Assembly (NCBI GenBank): GCA_038087875.1 | Contig: CM076000.1 | Span: 2,046,001-2,110,000 of the forward strand | From: Malacoraja senta | Lineage: Eukaryota | Length of the DNA: 64,000 bases | Direction of reading: 5' to 3' | In this document: piece after piece, positions 1-13,218 of the stretch | Position numbering within the stretch: the first letter of the stretch is position 1 | Layout: each line of letters opens with the position of its first letter | Notes under the pieces: generated by a model | Database searches by the model: none | What the model was told of the DNA's origin: nothing | Seen by the model: only the letters and a program-made list of their open reading frames with translations | Program-made: the position numbers and the translations under genes

Positions 1-156
1 TGTATCTGTACACTGTGGACTGCTCAATTGTAACCATGGATAGTCTTTGCATAGTCCTTTTCAATGCATGCTATCCACTGTGGATAGCATGCATTGAAAA
101 AGATTTTCACTGTACCTCAGTACACGTGACAAACTCAACTAAACTCAACTAAACTA
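1..156 (+). mobile_element. Rex1/Babar-type 3' tail fragment
   Basis: TTTTCACTGTACCTCAGTACACGTGACAAA followed by AACTA/AACTC repeats; the same tail occurs at about 19000-19047. Confidence 0.7.
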
Positions 157-397
157 TAGTATTTACAAAACATTCTGCCGGACAACCCTTGTAGAAATCA
201 AATATATAATGAGGTTTTCTGAGAACCAGAAAACCTGGAGTTATTATTTAATAAAGCATCCAAAAATAAAATCAGAAGAGGAAGTTCCTAGTGGAAAGGC
301 AATGCACATTTTAGACATTTAGAATTATGTTGATTATTTGTAGCATTTTTTACATTTTTTAAAAATTGATTTATTTCATATTTGAGAGCGTTTATGA

Positions 398-544
<147 letters not shown>

Positions 545-619
545 TAGATAGAGATTGGTTAAGCTTGAAGTGAAGAATGAGAACTGAACTGTTAATTACA
601 ATGCATCAGTAACCATGTA

Positions 620-1000
620 TGCAAAGAAGCTGGTTTACAAAGGAGAACATGGATAGGTGACATTTTGGGTCAGAACCCTTCTTCAGTCTGAAGAGTTACT
701 CCAGCATTTTGTGTCTATCTTCGGTATAAACCAGCATCTGTAGTTCCTTCCTACAGAAGTGATTGGTGGATACAGGTGAGGAGGGGCATTTTGATTGGCA
801 GATGAATGGACAGGGCCAGAGATGAAAAGGAGACACAAGGATGTAAGATATGGAGAGAAGAGGAATGAAACGTGAAGCCAGAGGAAGGGAAAGAGGTGGA
901 AGGGGAGTGGGAGAAATGGGGTACAGGGATGAAAGGGGGGAGAAAAGGGGGGGAGAAAGTAGGAGGAGAATTGTTCAGAAGGGCTTACTTCCAAATAATC
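620..1000. mobile_element. Fold-back Penelope terminal-repeat element (620-755) plus Penelope 3'UTR fragment
   Basis: Palindromic centre TCTTCAG-T-CTGAAGA (680-694) flanked by opposed terminal-repeat arms, followed by a purine-rich UTR like that at 8480-8760. Confidence 0.7.
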
Positions 1001-1309
1001 GACAAGGAAACACAAAGAGAACAATAATTAAAGTTCTTTGTACCAAACCCACGTGCAATACAAGTAGTTTCAAGGCTACATCGTCACATTAAAGACACTG
1101 TATCTTTTTTCGTGAGTCTATCTAGGCTCTATTTCAAAATGATCCAGAGTGTTGCTTATAATATAAACCAACCTTTGTGGGACCACAAAAGCTCCAGTGT
1201 CTCATTATGTTGACCTACAGAACTGTGACTTTAAATTGAAAGTACATTACTTTCTTATTGCTCTTCTATTCTTTCCTTTGCTTTTGATGCACAATTCTGC
1301 TACACTTAC

Positions 1310-1371
1310 TTTTCTGGTTACAATCTTGTGTTTCTACATTTTCTGGTTACAATCTTGTGTTTCTACATTTT
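1310..1371. repeat. 29-bp tandem duplication
   Basis: (TTTTCTGGTTACAATCTTGTGTTTCTACA)x2. Confidence 0.9.
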
Positions 1372-1655
1372 TCCATCAGCTCGGTGATTAGTGAAACTGT
1401 CGACGCACTTTCATAAGCATACGAGATATACCCAAAATGCTGGAGTAACTCAGTGGGTCAGGCAACATCTCTGGAGAAAAGGAATAGGTGACGTTTCAGG
1501 TCGAAACCCTTCTTCAAACTGAGAGTCAGGGGGGAGGGAAACTAAAGGTATGGAAAGGTTCAGAAAAAATCAAAGCCAGTCAGTTTGCTCTGCATAATGA
1601 CACAAGAAAATGCAATTTGAGCAGCCAGCTATCCTCCATAAATAATCTGACCTCT

Positions 1656-1910
1656 TAGTTTAGTTTAATTTAGTTTAGTTTAGTTTAAAGATAGAGTGTG
1701 GAAATAGTGTGGGTTTTCTCCAGGTGCTCCGGGTTCTTCCCGCATTCCAAAGACGTACAGGTTTGTACGTTAATTGGCTTTGATAAAATTGTAAATTATC
1801 CCTAGTGTGTAGGACAGTGCAAGTGTATGGGAATCGCTGGTCGGTGTGGACTCGGCAGGCTGAAGGGCCTGTTTCCATGTTGTATCTCTTAACTAAAAAA
1901 CTAAACTAAG
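1656..1910 (+). mobile_element. 5'-truncated V-SINE fused to an inverted SINE tail
   Basis: V-domain and tail on the + strand (1705-1910); minus-strand tail (TTTAG)n...GATAGAGTGTGGAAA at 1656-1705. Confidence 0.75.
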
Positions 1911-2884
1911 AAGAAAATATTATTGCGCAGCCAGCCAGCCTCCATGATTAATCTGACCTCTTATAGAATACTGATTTATTTAAACTAGACTGACAACCAA
2001 ATAGCTCACGGTAGATGAAACTTTCAAGATGATACCAAATTGAAATTACTTTGTGACTCCAAAGCCAGTCAAGCAATAGCTCTATTATGCATTATTCAAC
2101 CTTAACTGATTAATAAACTTGGAATACAGTCTGCAATGAGTTATACTGTCTTCAACATCATGTTAATAAGGGGCTCCCTGTATCCCATTACACTTACAAC
2201 CTCCTAGTGAGTGGACGCTTTCAGGTAAGATCAAACACCAGGCCCTCTTTTCCTTCCTTCGTCAAAGGCTCTTTACGCCACGTGTAAGATGCTCTTGTCC
2301 TGATTTCACTGTGCATGTTGATGCAGACTCATTGCCTGTATAAACAAGTTAGACTAAATCCTTTTGAACATTGTTAAACAGTCCCTAAACCCCAGTTTTG
2401 ACAACTTGCCAGATGCAGCCTGATCTATTTATCATTCCCTTTTGTTTTCTATTATCAAGCTAATCTTCAAGCAAGGTTACTAATTTCCCATTAATTCCAT
2501 TTACCAGTATAAGCCACAGACCTGAAGCATTATCTTTTGAAAATCCAAGCAATTATATCTTTGGAATAGCCCTTGCCTACTAATTTATTTACCTCCTCTA
2601 AGAATTCCAGTAGATTTGTGAGGCATGACACATTACTTCTAAAACCACACCGGCTGCCACAGATGGCCTAATCGCAGCTGCTGGAAGTCTGAAAACAAAA
2701 CGAGAAAATGCCAGAACCATTCAGCAGGTCAGTCGGCATCTGTGGAGAGAGAAACAGTCATTTTCTTACATTTCCATTTCTGCTGAAGGGGTTAATGACA
2801 TGAATCATTGACCTTGTTTCCCTGTCCAAGAGTGCTTCATTACATGTTGAATGCATCTGGCAAGGTATTTCCTCTTGTTCACGA

Positions 2885-3345
2885 GTTGATTGATTGATTG
2901 ATTGAAAAATACAGCATGGAAACAGGCCCAGCTACCCACCAAGTCCATGCCCATTGTCGATCACCCATTCACACTAGTTCTACGTTATCCCACTTTCTCA
3001 TCCACTCCCTACACAATAGGGCAATTTATTCTGTCCCTGAAACTTCTCCCTCACATAATTAGGGTGGCACTGACGCAGCGATAGAGTTCTTGCCTTACAG
3101 TGCTAGAGACTACACATGCTGTCTGTATGGTGTTTGCACATTCTCCATGTGATTGGATTGGTTTCCTCCAGATGTTCTGGTTTCCTCCCACAGTGCAAAG
3201 ATGTGCAGTTTTGTAGATAAATTGGCTTCAGTAAAATTTGTGAATTGTCCCTTGTGTGTCGGATAGTGCTGGTGTACGTGGCATCACTGCTTGGCGTGGA
3301 CCTAAGGACCTATTTCCATGCTGCATCTCCAAAGTCTAATATCTA
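2885..3345. mobile_element. Two V-SINEs, head to head (2885-3030 -, 3061-3345 +)
   Basis: Similarity to the 22324-22627 copy. Confidence 0.8.
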
Positions 3346-3927
3346 ACAAACCCAGACTGAAGGGTTCTGACCCGAAATGTAGTCTTACCTTTCCCACCAC
3401 AGGTGCTGCCTGATCCACTGAGTAACTCCAGCACTTTGTGCTTTACTCAAGACTTCAGCATTTGCAGTTCCTTGTGTCTACCAAACCCAACTTCTGACCT
3501 GCCACAACATTTAGCTGGCTGCTGATGATGCCCAGAAAGTTATTGATTGGGGAACAATGCAGCGGTAAGACCATCCCCTGTTGGAAATGGTTAATGGTTA
3601 GCAGTTGTGCAGCATGAATGCTAACTTGGTACTCTTATGGATTTTCCTCTAAGTAGTCAATGGACTATTTCATTGCGTATTTGTTGCAAATTGAACTGGA
3701 CATTGATTTTTGTACAGTGAACATTCCCACAATGACCTTACAATGGATGGAAGGCCATTGATGAATCAATGGAAGAGGATCAGGAAAGGCAAAAACAAAA
3801 CCCTGTAGATACCAGAACATACAACAGTACAGCACAGGAACAGGCCCTTCGGCCCACAATGTATGTGTCAAACATGATGCACATGATACACGAGAAGGCT
3901 GTGAATTAAAATATCTGAATAAAATAA

Positions 3928-4720
3928 AAGGTGATGCATTTTGCTAAGACTAAAACATGTGCAGGATCTGCACTGTGAACAGTAGGGCTCTGGAGAGCGT
4001 TGCAGAGCAGAGAGATCTAGGAGTACAGTTGAAAGTGTCACCACAGGTAGATAGATAGAGTGGTCAAAAGGGCTTTTGGCACATGGATGTTTATCAGTCA
4101 GAGTATTGATTGTAGAAGTTGGGAAGTCATGTTGCAGTTATATAAGACATTGGTGAGGCCGCATTTAAAGTATTATGTTGAATTCTGGGCACAATGTTGT
4201 AGGAAAGATGTTGTCAAGTTGGAAGGGGGACAGAGAAGATTTATGAGAATGTTGCCAGGACTCGAATGCCTGAGCTATAGCGAGAGGTTGAGCAGGCTGG
4301 GAATCTATTTCTTGGAGGGCAGGAGAATGTGGGATAATCTTATAGAGGTGTACAAAATCATGAGAGGGAAAGGTCAGGAAAAGATACAGCACAGTCTCTT
4401 GCCCAGAGTAGGGGAATTGAGAACCAGAGGACATAGGTTTAAGGTGAGGTGGGGAAAGATTTAATAGAAACCTGAGGGGTAACTTTCTCACACAAAGTGT
4501 GGTAGGTGTATGGAATGAGTTGCCAGAGGAGGTTTGTTGAGGCAGGTACTATCGCAACATTTTTGAAAAACATTTAGACAGGTACATGGATAGGACATGT
4601 TTAGAGGGGTATGGGCCAAACTCAGGCTGTTTGGACTAGTGTAGATGGGACATGGTGGTCAGTGTGGGCTAGTTGGCCAAAGAGCTTGTTACTACACTGT
4701 ATGACTTTTAGACTCTATCT
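3928..4720 (+). mobile_element. CR1 LINE 3' fragment
   Basis: LYKTLVRPHLKY..FWA...LEGGQRRF.RMLPGL...RTRGHRFKV and a TATGACT-type tail. Confidence 0.9.
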
Positions 4721-4964
4721 CTGAGGTAAACAAAGTGCTGTCTTCAACCAACTGTGCCCAGAAAATAAACACCACTTAAAGTAGTTACACTGATCTAGAG
4801 TAATCTCATCTACCTGCAACATGATCCGTATCCCTTCATTCCCTATCCATGTGCCGATCTAGAAACCTCTCAAACATTAATTTTCATTTACAGACATCTT
4901 CGGTCAAAATGGTGGAAACACTCGGCAGGTCTGTTAGCATCTGTGGAGGGAGAATCAGTATTTC

Positions 4965-5258
4965 AAGTTTAGTTTAGAGATTAGTTTAGAGATACAGCAC
5001 GGAAACAGGTCTTTTAGCCCACCGAGTCCGTGCCGACCAGTAAACCCCGTACACTAGCAATATCCTACACAGACGAGGGACAATTTACAATTCTTACCAA
5101 AGTCAATTAATGTACAAACCTTTACATCTTTGGAGTGTGGGAGGAAACCAGAGCACCCGGGTACAAACTCTGTTCAGACTGCTGCCGTAGACAGGATCGA
5201 ACCCAGGTCTCTGGAGCTGTAAGGCAGCTATACCACCACTGTGCCACCTTGCTGCCCA
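4965..5258 (-). mobile_element. V-SINE
   Basis: Reverse complement of the SINE consensus, including boxes A and B. Confidence 0.85.
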
Positions 5259-5844
5259 ATTAATGGCCATTCTGATAATAGGTCATAATCCAGAAACATT
5301 TTCTCATTCTGAAGAGAGAAACAGAGAGAGAGAAGACAAAAATGACAGAAGAAAAGAAAGCAAAGATCTCCAAAATTTCTGGAGAATACGTAAGGGCAAA
5401 AGAAAGAGTTGCAAAAAGACAGTTGCACTCAGAGACACTGAAAACTGTGTATGTGGGATTGTTCATTGAAAGTGGATGAGCAAAAAGCAGATATTTGTAA
5501 AACACATTGAACTTCAAGCATTGATTTCCCAGTTTCTGACTGGAAATGTAATTGCTCCCTGATGAGGAAGAAAATGTCAATCATCCTCCCAGGATCCTTA
5601 AAAAACAAACAAGTGAAAAATAGGAAAATTTCTCAAGCCTTTCACTTCAATCCTCTTTTGTGTTTAATGCATAACGTAGAAATAAATTGATCATGGACTA
5701 TTAAATACATTTTTTGTTACAAAAACCATGTCCCATGTATTATAGATATTGGAATTGCTTAAATCAGGACACTCGGCTATGGCAAACTAATTAACATTTT
5801 AAAATGCAGCGATTATATTATTATAAGACTTTAGATATAATGAT

Positions 5845-6165
5845 TGAATTGACTGAAAGATACAGCATGGAAACAGGCCCTTCGGCCCACCAAGTCCACG
5901 CCGACCATCAATCACCCGTCCGCACTAGTTCTATGTTATCCCACTTTCTCATCCACTCCCTATACATTAGGGACAATTTACAGAGGCCGATCAACCTACA
6001 AACCCGCACGTCTTTGGGATGTGGGAGGAAACCGGAGCAACTGGAGGAAACCCACGAGTTCACAGGGAGAGCGTGCAAACTGGAGAACACACAGACAGCA
6101 CCCGAGGTCAGGATTGAACCTGGGTTTCTGGCTCTGTGAAGCAGCAGCTCTACCAGCTGCGGTGC
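5845..6165 (-). mobile_element. V-SINE
   Basis: Reverse complement of the SINE consensus. Confidence 0.85.
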
Positions 6166-6455
6166 TTATAGGACTATAAAAATACTTCAGGATTAGCACA
6201 TTGGGGAGAAATTGAAGTGAGATGCATTGCTGTTAACTGCATTTAGTTATGATTACAAGCAGGAAGCAGAAGTGTTAAATCACTGTTGTAACCTGAGTAT
6301 TTGGGTGTGTTGGGAAGGGAGGCTTGCAGGGGTTGAAGTGGTGAGTAGGATAGTGAACTGTTCATTGAACAAACAGCAGATTGAAGTAAAATAACTGTAT
6401 ATCCATTGAGTGAGCTATCTAAATTATCTTTGTTCACACACTCCATGCATACTAA

Positions 6456-6811
6456 AACCCCTGTCCCTCTGGTGACCTTGCCCGCCACCCAAAAAAAAGG
6501 TCGAGGTGACCTGCAACCTCCTACCACCTCCCACGCATATGTTGAAAACCTTCCTCGACTATGAAGAAAACCGGGCTAGACCTGCGACAAAAAAATTATA
6601 GATTTTTAAAACGGCAACCTAGTTTTGGTCGAGGCCGGTTTTAAACATGATGAAAAAATAGCAGCAACCTAGATGAAGCCTCGACCACACGGAAACTACT
6701 TTCGACCATTAGGGAGAGTGACCAAAACCTCCGGTGACCCCATGGAAACCTTGGGTGGCGGGCAAGGTCACCAGAGGTTGCTCTTTAGGTCTCCTAAGTG
6801 GGACAGGGGCT
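6456..6811. mobile_element. PIF/Harbinger-type MITE
   Basis: TIRs AACCCCTGTCCC / GGGACAGGGGCT, TAA on both flanks (6453-6455, 6812-6814), and a subterminal inverted repeat CTCTGGTGACCTTGCCCGCCACCCAA / TTGGGTGGCGGGCAAGGTCACCAGAG. Confidence 0.8.
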
Positions 6812-6819
6812 TAATTTTA

Positions 6820-7150
6820 CTTTATTTTAGAGATACAGCACAGAAAAGGCCCTTCAGTCTACCGAATCTGCGCCGACCAGCGATCACCCCGTACACTAAC
6901 TCTATTCTACACACTAGGGAGAATTTACAATTTTTACTGAAGCCAATTAACCTACAAACCAACATGTCTTTGGAGGGTGGGAGGAAACTGGAGCTGCTGC
7001 AAAAAACCCATGAGAGAGAGAAACTACATCCACGAGAGGTAGAGAGAGAGAGAGGGAAAATGTGCAAACTCTGCACAGACAGCACCCAAAGTTAGAATCG
7101 AACCCGGGTCCCTGGCACTGTAAAGCAGCAGATCTACCGCTGCAACCCAG
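6820..7150 (-). mobile_element. V-SINE with internal (GA)n expansion
   Basis: Reverse complement of the SINE consensus. Confidence 0.82.
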
Positions 7151-8085
7151 CTTATGTGGAGCTTACAATATGGTTAGGGCATGTAGCTTTATGCATTTTT
7201 TACATTTACTCCTCCAAGCACCTTTCCTAGTGAATGCAGATAAAAAGTAAATTAATTTCTAATAAAATATTTAGCTGTTGCCGCAGTGCTTGGAGAATCT
7301 GAAGAATTCCAATCCAATTGCATAATGTAATTCCATTCCCTAAAGTAACCTCTGCTGTTGGAACTGGGCTAATAGACTTTGTTCGTGAATAGGTGCAGCA
7401 CAGGTTATTTTTACTCTGGATGGGTGCACATATTTTAAATGGGATTTATTTTATGGGTGCAGGTGGCAGAAGCAAGCACTTTGGTTGCCTCAGAGATGGG
7501 GGGGGAGGGGGGGTGGGTGTGGTCAGAGTCTTCTGCTGTGTAACACTGAACCTGATGTGTGTGCATTTATCTAATGCATTGTCTGTTCAAGTGTATCACA
7601 TCCTGAAACCTCACAAAATAAATGCCACCTTCTGGATCCTTAAAACATTACAACAAAAGTATGAATTGAAACCGCAAAAAAATTCTCCCCTGCTCAGGTG
7701 TGCTGGCAAGGGTCTTATATGTTTGGACTTAAGACAAAAATCAGTGGAGTTGCAGATATTGAAGTTGGCTTTCAAAGGATATGGCAAGATGTAGATCACT
7801 TACAGATATGGGCAGAGAAATGGCAGATGGAGTTTAATTGACACGTGTGAGGCGTGGCACTTTTGGAGCTCAAATGTAAGGGTATACAGTTATTGGCAAG
7901 ACCTTTAAGAGCATTAATGTACTGAGAGATCTTGGCGTCCAGAATAACATTTATTGGAAATAGCCAAATGGCCAAATAGATTACTGCTACAAAAAGTGTT
8001 ACTTTGTGTTTGCTAACACCAATTGGGACATTTTACTGATTGAAAGCACATTAGTAGTTTTGGTGGGAAAAAAGACACAAAGTGT

Positions 8086-8410
8086 AGGGCGGCACAGTGG
8101 TGCTGCTGCCTCACAAAGCCAGAGACCCTGGTTCGATCCTGACCTCGGGCAATGTCTGTGTGGTGTTTGTACATTCTTCCTGTGACTGCGTGGGTTTCCT
8201 CTGGCTGTTTGGTTTCCTCCCACATCCCAGAGACGTGTGGGTTTGTAGGTTAACTGGACTCTGCAAATTGCCCCTTGTGTTTAGGGAGTGGATGGGAAAA
8301 TGGGATAACAGAACTAGTGTGAATGGGTGATCGGTGGTCAACATGGGCTCGGTGGGCCGAAGGGCCTCTTTCCATGCTGCATCTCTAGAGTAAAGTTAAG
8401 TAAACTAAAC
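8086..8410 (+). mobile_element. V-SINE
   Basis: GGGCGGCACAGTGG head, GGTTCGATCC box B, V-domain and tail. Confidence 0.87.
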
Positions 8411-8414
8411 TGAG

Positions 8415-8830
8415 TGGGTTAGGTAGCATCTCTGGAGAATGTGGATATGTGACTCTTTATGTCAGTACCCTTCTTCAGACTGATTGTGGTGGGGCAGAGA
8501 TGAAGGTGAGGGCAGAACAAAGCCTGGCAAGTGATAGGTGGATACAGGTGAGGGTTTTTTTTTTGGATAGGTAGTTGGTTGGACAAAGGCCAGAGATGAA
8601 GAGACAAAACATGTGAGATAAGAATAGCAGAGGGGCAAATTGTGAACCCGGAACAAGGAATATAGATGGAAGGGGACAGGGGAAGGAGGAAGAGGAGAAA
8701 TGGGTGTGTATCCAGAAGGGGCACAGGGAAGGGGATGGGGGAGTTTATTAGTAGGTTAGTTGCCTGAAATTGGAGAATTCATCGCACATACCATTAGATT
8801 GTAAGCAATCCAAGCCGAATATGAGATTTT
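8415..8830 (-). mobile_element. Penelope-like 3' fragment
   Basis: Terminal-repeat module with CCCTTCTTCAGAC, a purine-rich UTR and a GIY-YIG C-terminal remnant (CCAAGCCGAATATGAG). Confidence 0.7.
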
Positions 8831-10715
8831 TGGTTTAGGATGAGATTTAGGTTTAGGTTTATTATTGTCACATGTACTCAGTTACAGTGGAAAGCTTTGT
8901 TTTGGATACTATCCATTCAAATCAGATAATTCTATACATAGATACAATCAAGCCAAACTCAAGTACAACATGTGGTGCGATAGGGAAGATACAGAGTGCA
9001 GGATATAGTTCTCAGCATTGTAGCGCGCCAGTTCCAGAGACTAAGGTCTCTGACATAGGTCCTCAGGGTGATACAGCCCCTGTTACATGCAGATAAACTA
9101 CAGCAAAATGTTTCTTCTCAATATAATAATATGTTTCTTCTCAATATACATGTTTTTTTTTCTCTATGTGCAACTTTTTAACCTTGCCTGCACTTATTAA
9201 TCCCATAATGCAGTTCATGCAAAGTTAAATCTCGCAGATTGGGAAAAAACATATATACCGAGAGGAGACATTTTGTGCATTGTTGTGGATTTAGTATTTA
9301 TTCTACAATGATCGCAAAATAATTCCATACGCACACAGGTAATGAGATATTTTAAACATTTTAGAACACCAACGTACCTTGAAATAAAGAAAACATTGAA
9401 ATAAAATGAAAGTGGTAGCCTATCAATATCGCTTGCTTCTGCAGTACACTGAGCTGTTGAGCTACATGGGCTAAGGCTGTCCCAACATTGATCCCTCATC
9501 CATTTACCTAAGATCAAATGTGATAACTTTTTGCTTCCCAATGTTACATCTTTACACTCAATGTTGCCTTCTTTATCCTTTATCTTTGCACTGTGGACAG
9601 CTTGATTGTATCCATGCATCGTCTTTTTTTTTAACTGGATAGCATGCAAACAAAAGCTTTTCACTGTACCTCGGTACATGTGGGCTGAAGGATCTGTTTC
9701 CACGCTGTATGACTCTATGACTCTATAAACTAAACTTAACTTAACTAAACTAATCTAAACTAACCATTGAATAAAATATTCTGGCGTTCCTGATTGTTGC
9801 ACAGTTGTAGAAAGTATCCAGGGATGACTGTCAATGGATGGTTTTATTCAAGAACTTGTCTGTGTCTGATTTGAGTGCTTTACTGTTGTGCACTGTTCAC
9901 TGATATTTTGTAAATGAATAATCCACTGAGACAGCTTTCTCGTTGGTGCTCACATAAGGGAAGTACAGTATCTGCTTGACACCGTCATGTCCTAGTTATG
10001 TGAGATCGTAAACAGTAGCCAGCAACAAAGGGGGACCTGGTATGGAAGGGGCTGCTGAGATCTATGGGGACCCAGCGGGGTTGGGGTGGGGGGTAGACCA
10101 AGTAGGGACCAACATTACTGAAAGAGTACTTTTTGTAACTTTGTCGGGCGCCTCTGTGGCCACTCTTTTGTGTACTTTATATTTAAAAACAAAGAATTCC
10201 ACTGAACCTAGGGGCAAGTGACAATAAAGTATCATCATCTTCAGCACCCTTATAGTGCGTCACAAATTGACAGATCCCAGGCAGTGTCTTACAACAAAGG
10301 ATATCGTTTTTGACATAATTGACATTATGGGGTGAAAAGATATTAAAATTGATCTTCTACCTTGTCCAGGTATCAGGCTGTGAATTAACATCTCCACAGG
10401 AAAGCAGTGTAGAATCTAATTAGATGTCCCATTGCTATCAGATATCCTGCAGTTTCCCACATCAGTGATTACCTCTCAGTTATGATAAGGCAATTAAAAC
10501 ATGAATTTCTTATTTCCACTTTGTGAGCACATTGTTTGCGACAATAAGGTGGCCGGTACAACAATTGGTCAAAATCTCATGGCTACCTGAAACAGTTTGC
10601 TTCCAAACCAAGACAATCAGAATCTTTTTCCCAGGGTGGAAATACCAAAGACTAGAGGGCATAGCTATAATGGTTCAATGGTTTGTTGATGCTTTATTAT
10701 CACATATACCGAGGT

Positions 10716-11145
10716 ATCATAGAGTCATAAAGTGTGGAAACAGGCCAGCACCGACCAACATGTTCCATCTACACCAGTCCCACCTGCTTGTGTTTGGCCC
10801 ATATCCCTCGAAACCTATCCTATCCATGTACCTGTCTAAATATTTCTGAAATCTTGTGATGGTATCTGCCTCAACTATCTCCTCTGGCAGCTCGATCCAT
10901 ACACCCACCACCCTTTGTATGATAACGTTACCCCTCAGGTTCCTATTAAATATTTGCCCCCCCTCACCTTAAACCTGTGTCCTCTTGATTCCCCTACTCT
11001 CGGCATCCACCCAATCTATTCCTCTCATGATTTTGCACACCTCTATGAGATCACCCTTTACCCTCCTGTGCTTCAAGGAATAGAGTCCTAGCCTGCTCAA
11101 TCTCTCCCTATAGCTCTGGCCCTCTGTCCTGGCAACATCTTCGTA
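10716..11145 (-). mobile_element. CR1 LINE 3' fragment
   Basis: SYRERLSRLGLYSL..RRVKGDLIEV; VGVWIELPEEIVEA; CATAGAGTCATA tail. Confidence 0.88.
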
Positions 11146-12074
11146 AAAACAGTGAATTTTCTTTGTTTCACTGATGTGCGTTTCCAGTGAGGATTTCTTC
11201 CGTGTCACTATTCGTATGATCTTGCTCCCTGCAGAGGGTACAGAAGCTAGTTTAAATTAGTTTCATGTTTCCTGTGGAGCTATGAGCAAGAACATAGCAC
11301 AGGAGCGATGTTTTACAACTGAAGCTGAAATAGACTCAGTTCATCAGGAACAACCCTCTCCGGTGAAATGCTGGGAGAGCGAGTGAATGAATAAAGTGAC
11401 CAAGATTCCACACATTTCACAATTTAGCTGGGCATACCTTAATAAAAAGAAAGGGCGGCACAGTGGGACAGCGGTAGAGTTGTTGCCTTACAGCGCCAGA
11501 GACCCGGGTTCGATCCTGACTACGGGTGATGTTTATACGGATCATATCCATGTAGAAACAAGGAACTGCATACGCTGGTTTACAACAAAGGACGCATGGT
11601 GCTGGAGTATCTCAGCGTGTCAGGCAGCATCTTTGGAGAACATGGATAGCTGATGTTTTGGGCCAGGACCCTTCTTCAGACTGGAGGAAAGTGTCAAGTG
11701 CATAAGTTATAGGAGCAGAATTAGGCTCCGCCCAGTTTACTCCACCATTCAATCATGTATCCTTGGACTGGGTGAGGTGGTGAAGTGTAATTCAATTCTG
11801 ATAAGTAAAAGTAATGCAATTGGGGAGGGCTAACAGAGCATGGTTACACACAGTGAATGATGAGTGCTGAAAAGGGAAGAGAAATAGGAGGGATCTTAGA
11901 CGTCACATCTGCAGATCTCTGAAGGTAGGTAAGGTATTAAGAAGGCATTTTGTGATGCTTGCTATTATTGACTTAAACCCAGAATGCAAGGAGATTGTGG
12001 TAGAACTGATAAATTATTTAGAGAAGCCTCAGATAGAATACTGTGTTCAGATTACTACACAACAGGAAGCCTTT

Positions 12075-12430
12075 AGATTTTAGAGAGATACAGCGCGGAA
12101 ACATGCCATTTGGCCCACCGAGTCTGTGCTGACCATCAATCACCCTGTACACTAGCACTAGTATTTCCGTACTGTATCTAAAGTGTAAAACCTTCCTGTA
12201 GTGTCGTAATCTGAACTGAACTACACACTAGGGACAATTTACATTTTTTACCAAAGTCAATAAACCTACAAACCCGCACGTCTTTGGAGTGTGGGGGGAC
12301 ACCCAGAGAAAACCCATGCAGCCACAGGGAGAATGTACTAACTCTGTACAGACAGCATCAGTAATCAGCATTGAACCCAGGTTTCCAATGCTGCAAGGCA
12401 GCCACTCTCCCGCTGCACCACTGAGCTGCC
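12075..12430 (-). mobile_element. V-SINE (rearranged)
   Basis: Reverse complement of the SINE consensus with an internal insert. Confidence 0.75.
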
Positions 12431-12569
12431 ATCCCATCAGGGATGTGCTTAGAAATGGCAATACTTTACAGGACTGTTTGTAAGAAAAGAATTCCACTGT
12501 GTGTGACAAAGACGTACAGGTTTGTAGGTTAATTGGTTTCTGTGAATTGCCCCCCAGTGTGCAGGATAG

Positions 12570-12980
12570 ACTTAGTCTGGTTGCTCAACACTTTAACTCC
12601 CCTGCCCATTCCCACACTGACCTTCCTGTCCTGGGTCTCCTCCATTGTCAGAGTGAGGCCCAGCGCAAATTGGAGGAACAGCATCTCATATTTTGCTTGG
12701 GTAGCTTACACACCAGCGGCATGAACATTGACTTCTCTAACTTCAAGTAACCCTTGCTTATCTCTCTCTCCATCCCCTCCCACTTCCCAATTCTCCAACA
12801 AGTCTTACTATCTCCGACTACATTCTATCCCTATACCGCTCACTCCCCTGACATCAGTCTGAAGAAGGGTCTCGACCTGAAACATCACCCATCCAGAGAT
12901 GCTGCCGGTCCCACTGAGTAACTCCAGCATTTTGTGTCTATCTTCGATGTAAACCAGCATCTACAGTTCTTTCTTACACG
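12570..12980 (+). mobile_element. Penelope-like 3' fragment (GIY-YIG C-terminus + terminal repeat)
   Basis: VAQHFNSPAHSHTDL...RKLEEQHLIFCLGSLHTSGMNIDFSNFK*, then a pyrimidine-rich UTR, the hammerhead motif and the GATGCTGCC...CCAGCATTTTGTGTC module. Confidence 0.88.
12855..12890 (+). ncRNA. Minimal type-I hammerhead ribozyme motif in Penelope terminal repeat
   Basis: CTGAAGA (12859-12865), extra A, stem II GGGTC-TC-GACCT, GAAAC (12879-12883), then ATC (GTC in other copies). Matches the CUGANGA...GAAA...NUH core with a vestigial helix III. Confidence 0.7.
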
Positions 12981-13004
12981 GATAGAATTAGTCTAGGGGT
13001 TCTA

Positions 13005-13218
13005 TCTTACACACTAAGGGCAATTTCCAAAAGCCAATTAACTTACAAACCTGTACATCTTTGGAGTGTGGGAGGAAACCGGAGCACCCGGAGAAAACCC
13101 ACGCGGTCACGGGAAGAACGTACATTCTCCGCATAGACAGCACCCATAGTCAGGATCAAAACCGGGTCTCTGGCGCTGTAAGGCAGCATCTCTACCGCTG
13201 CGCAACTGTGCCACCACG
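13005..13218 (-). mobile_element. V-SINE (head + V-domain)
   Basis: Reverse complement of the SINE consensus. Confidence 0.85.

Noticed and set aside
5263..5469. Lys/Arg/Glu-rich 68-aa ORF as a possible exon
   Set aside because: Purine-rich low-complexity intronic sequence with no recognisable domain or convincing splice sites.
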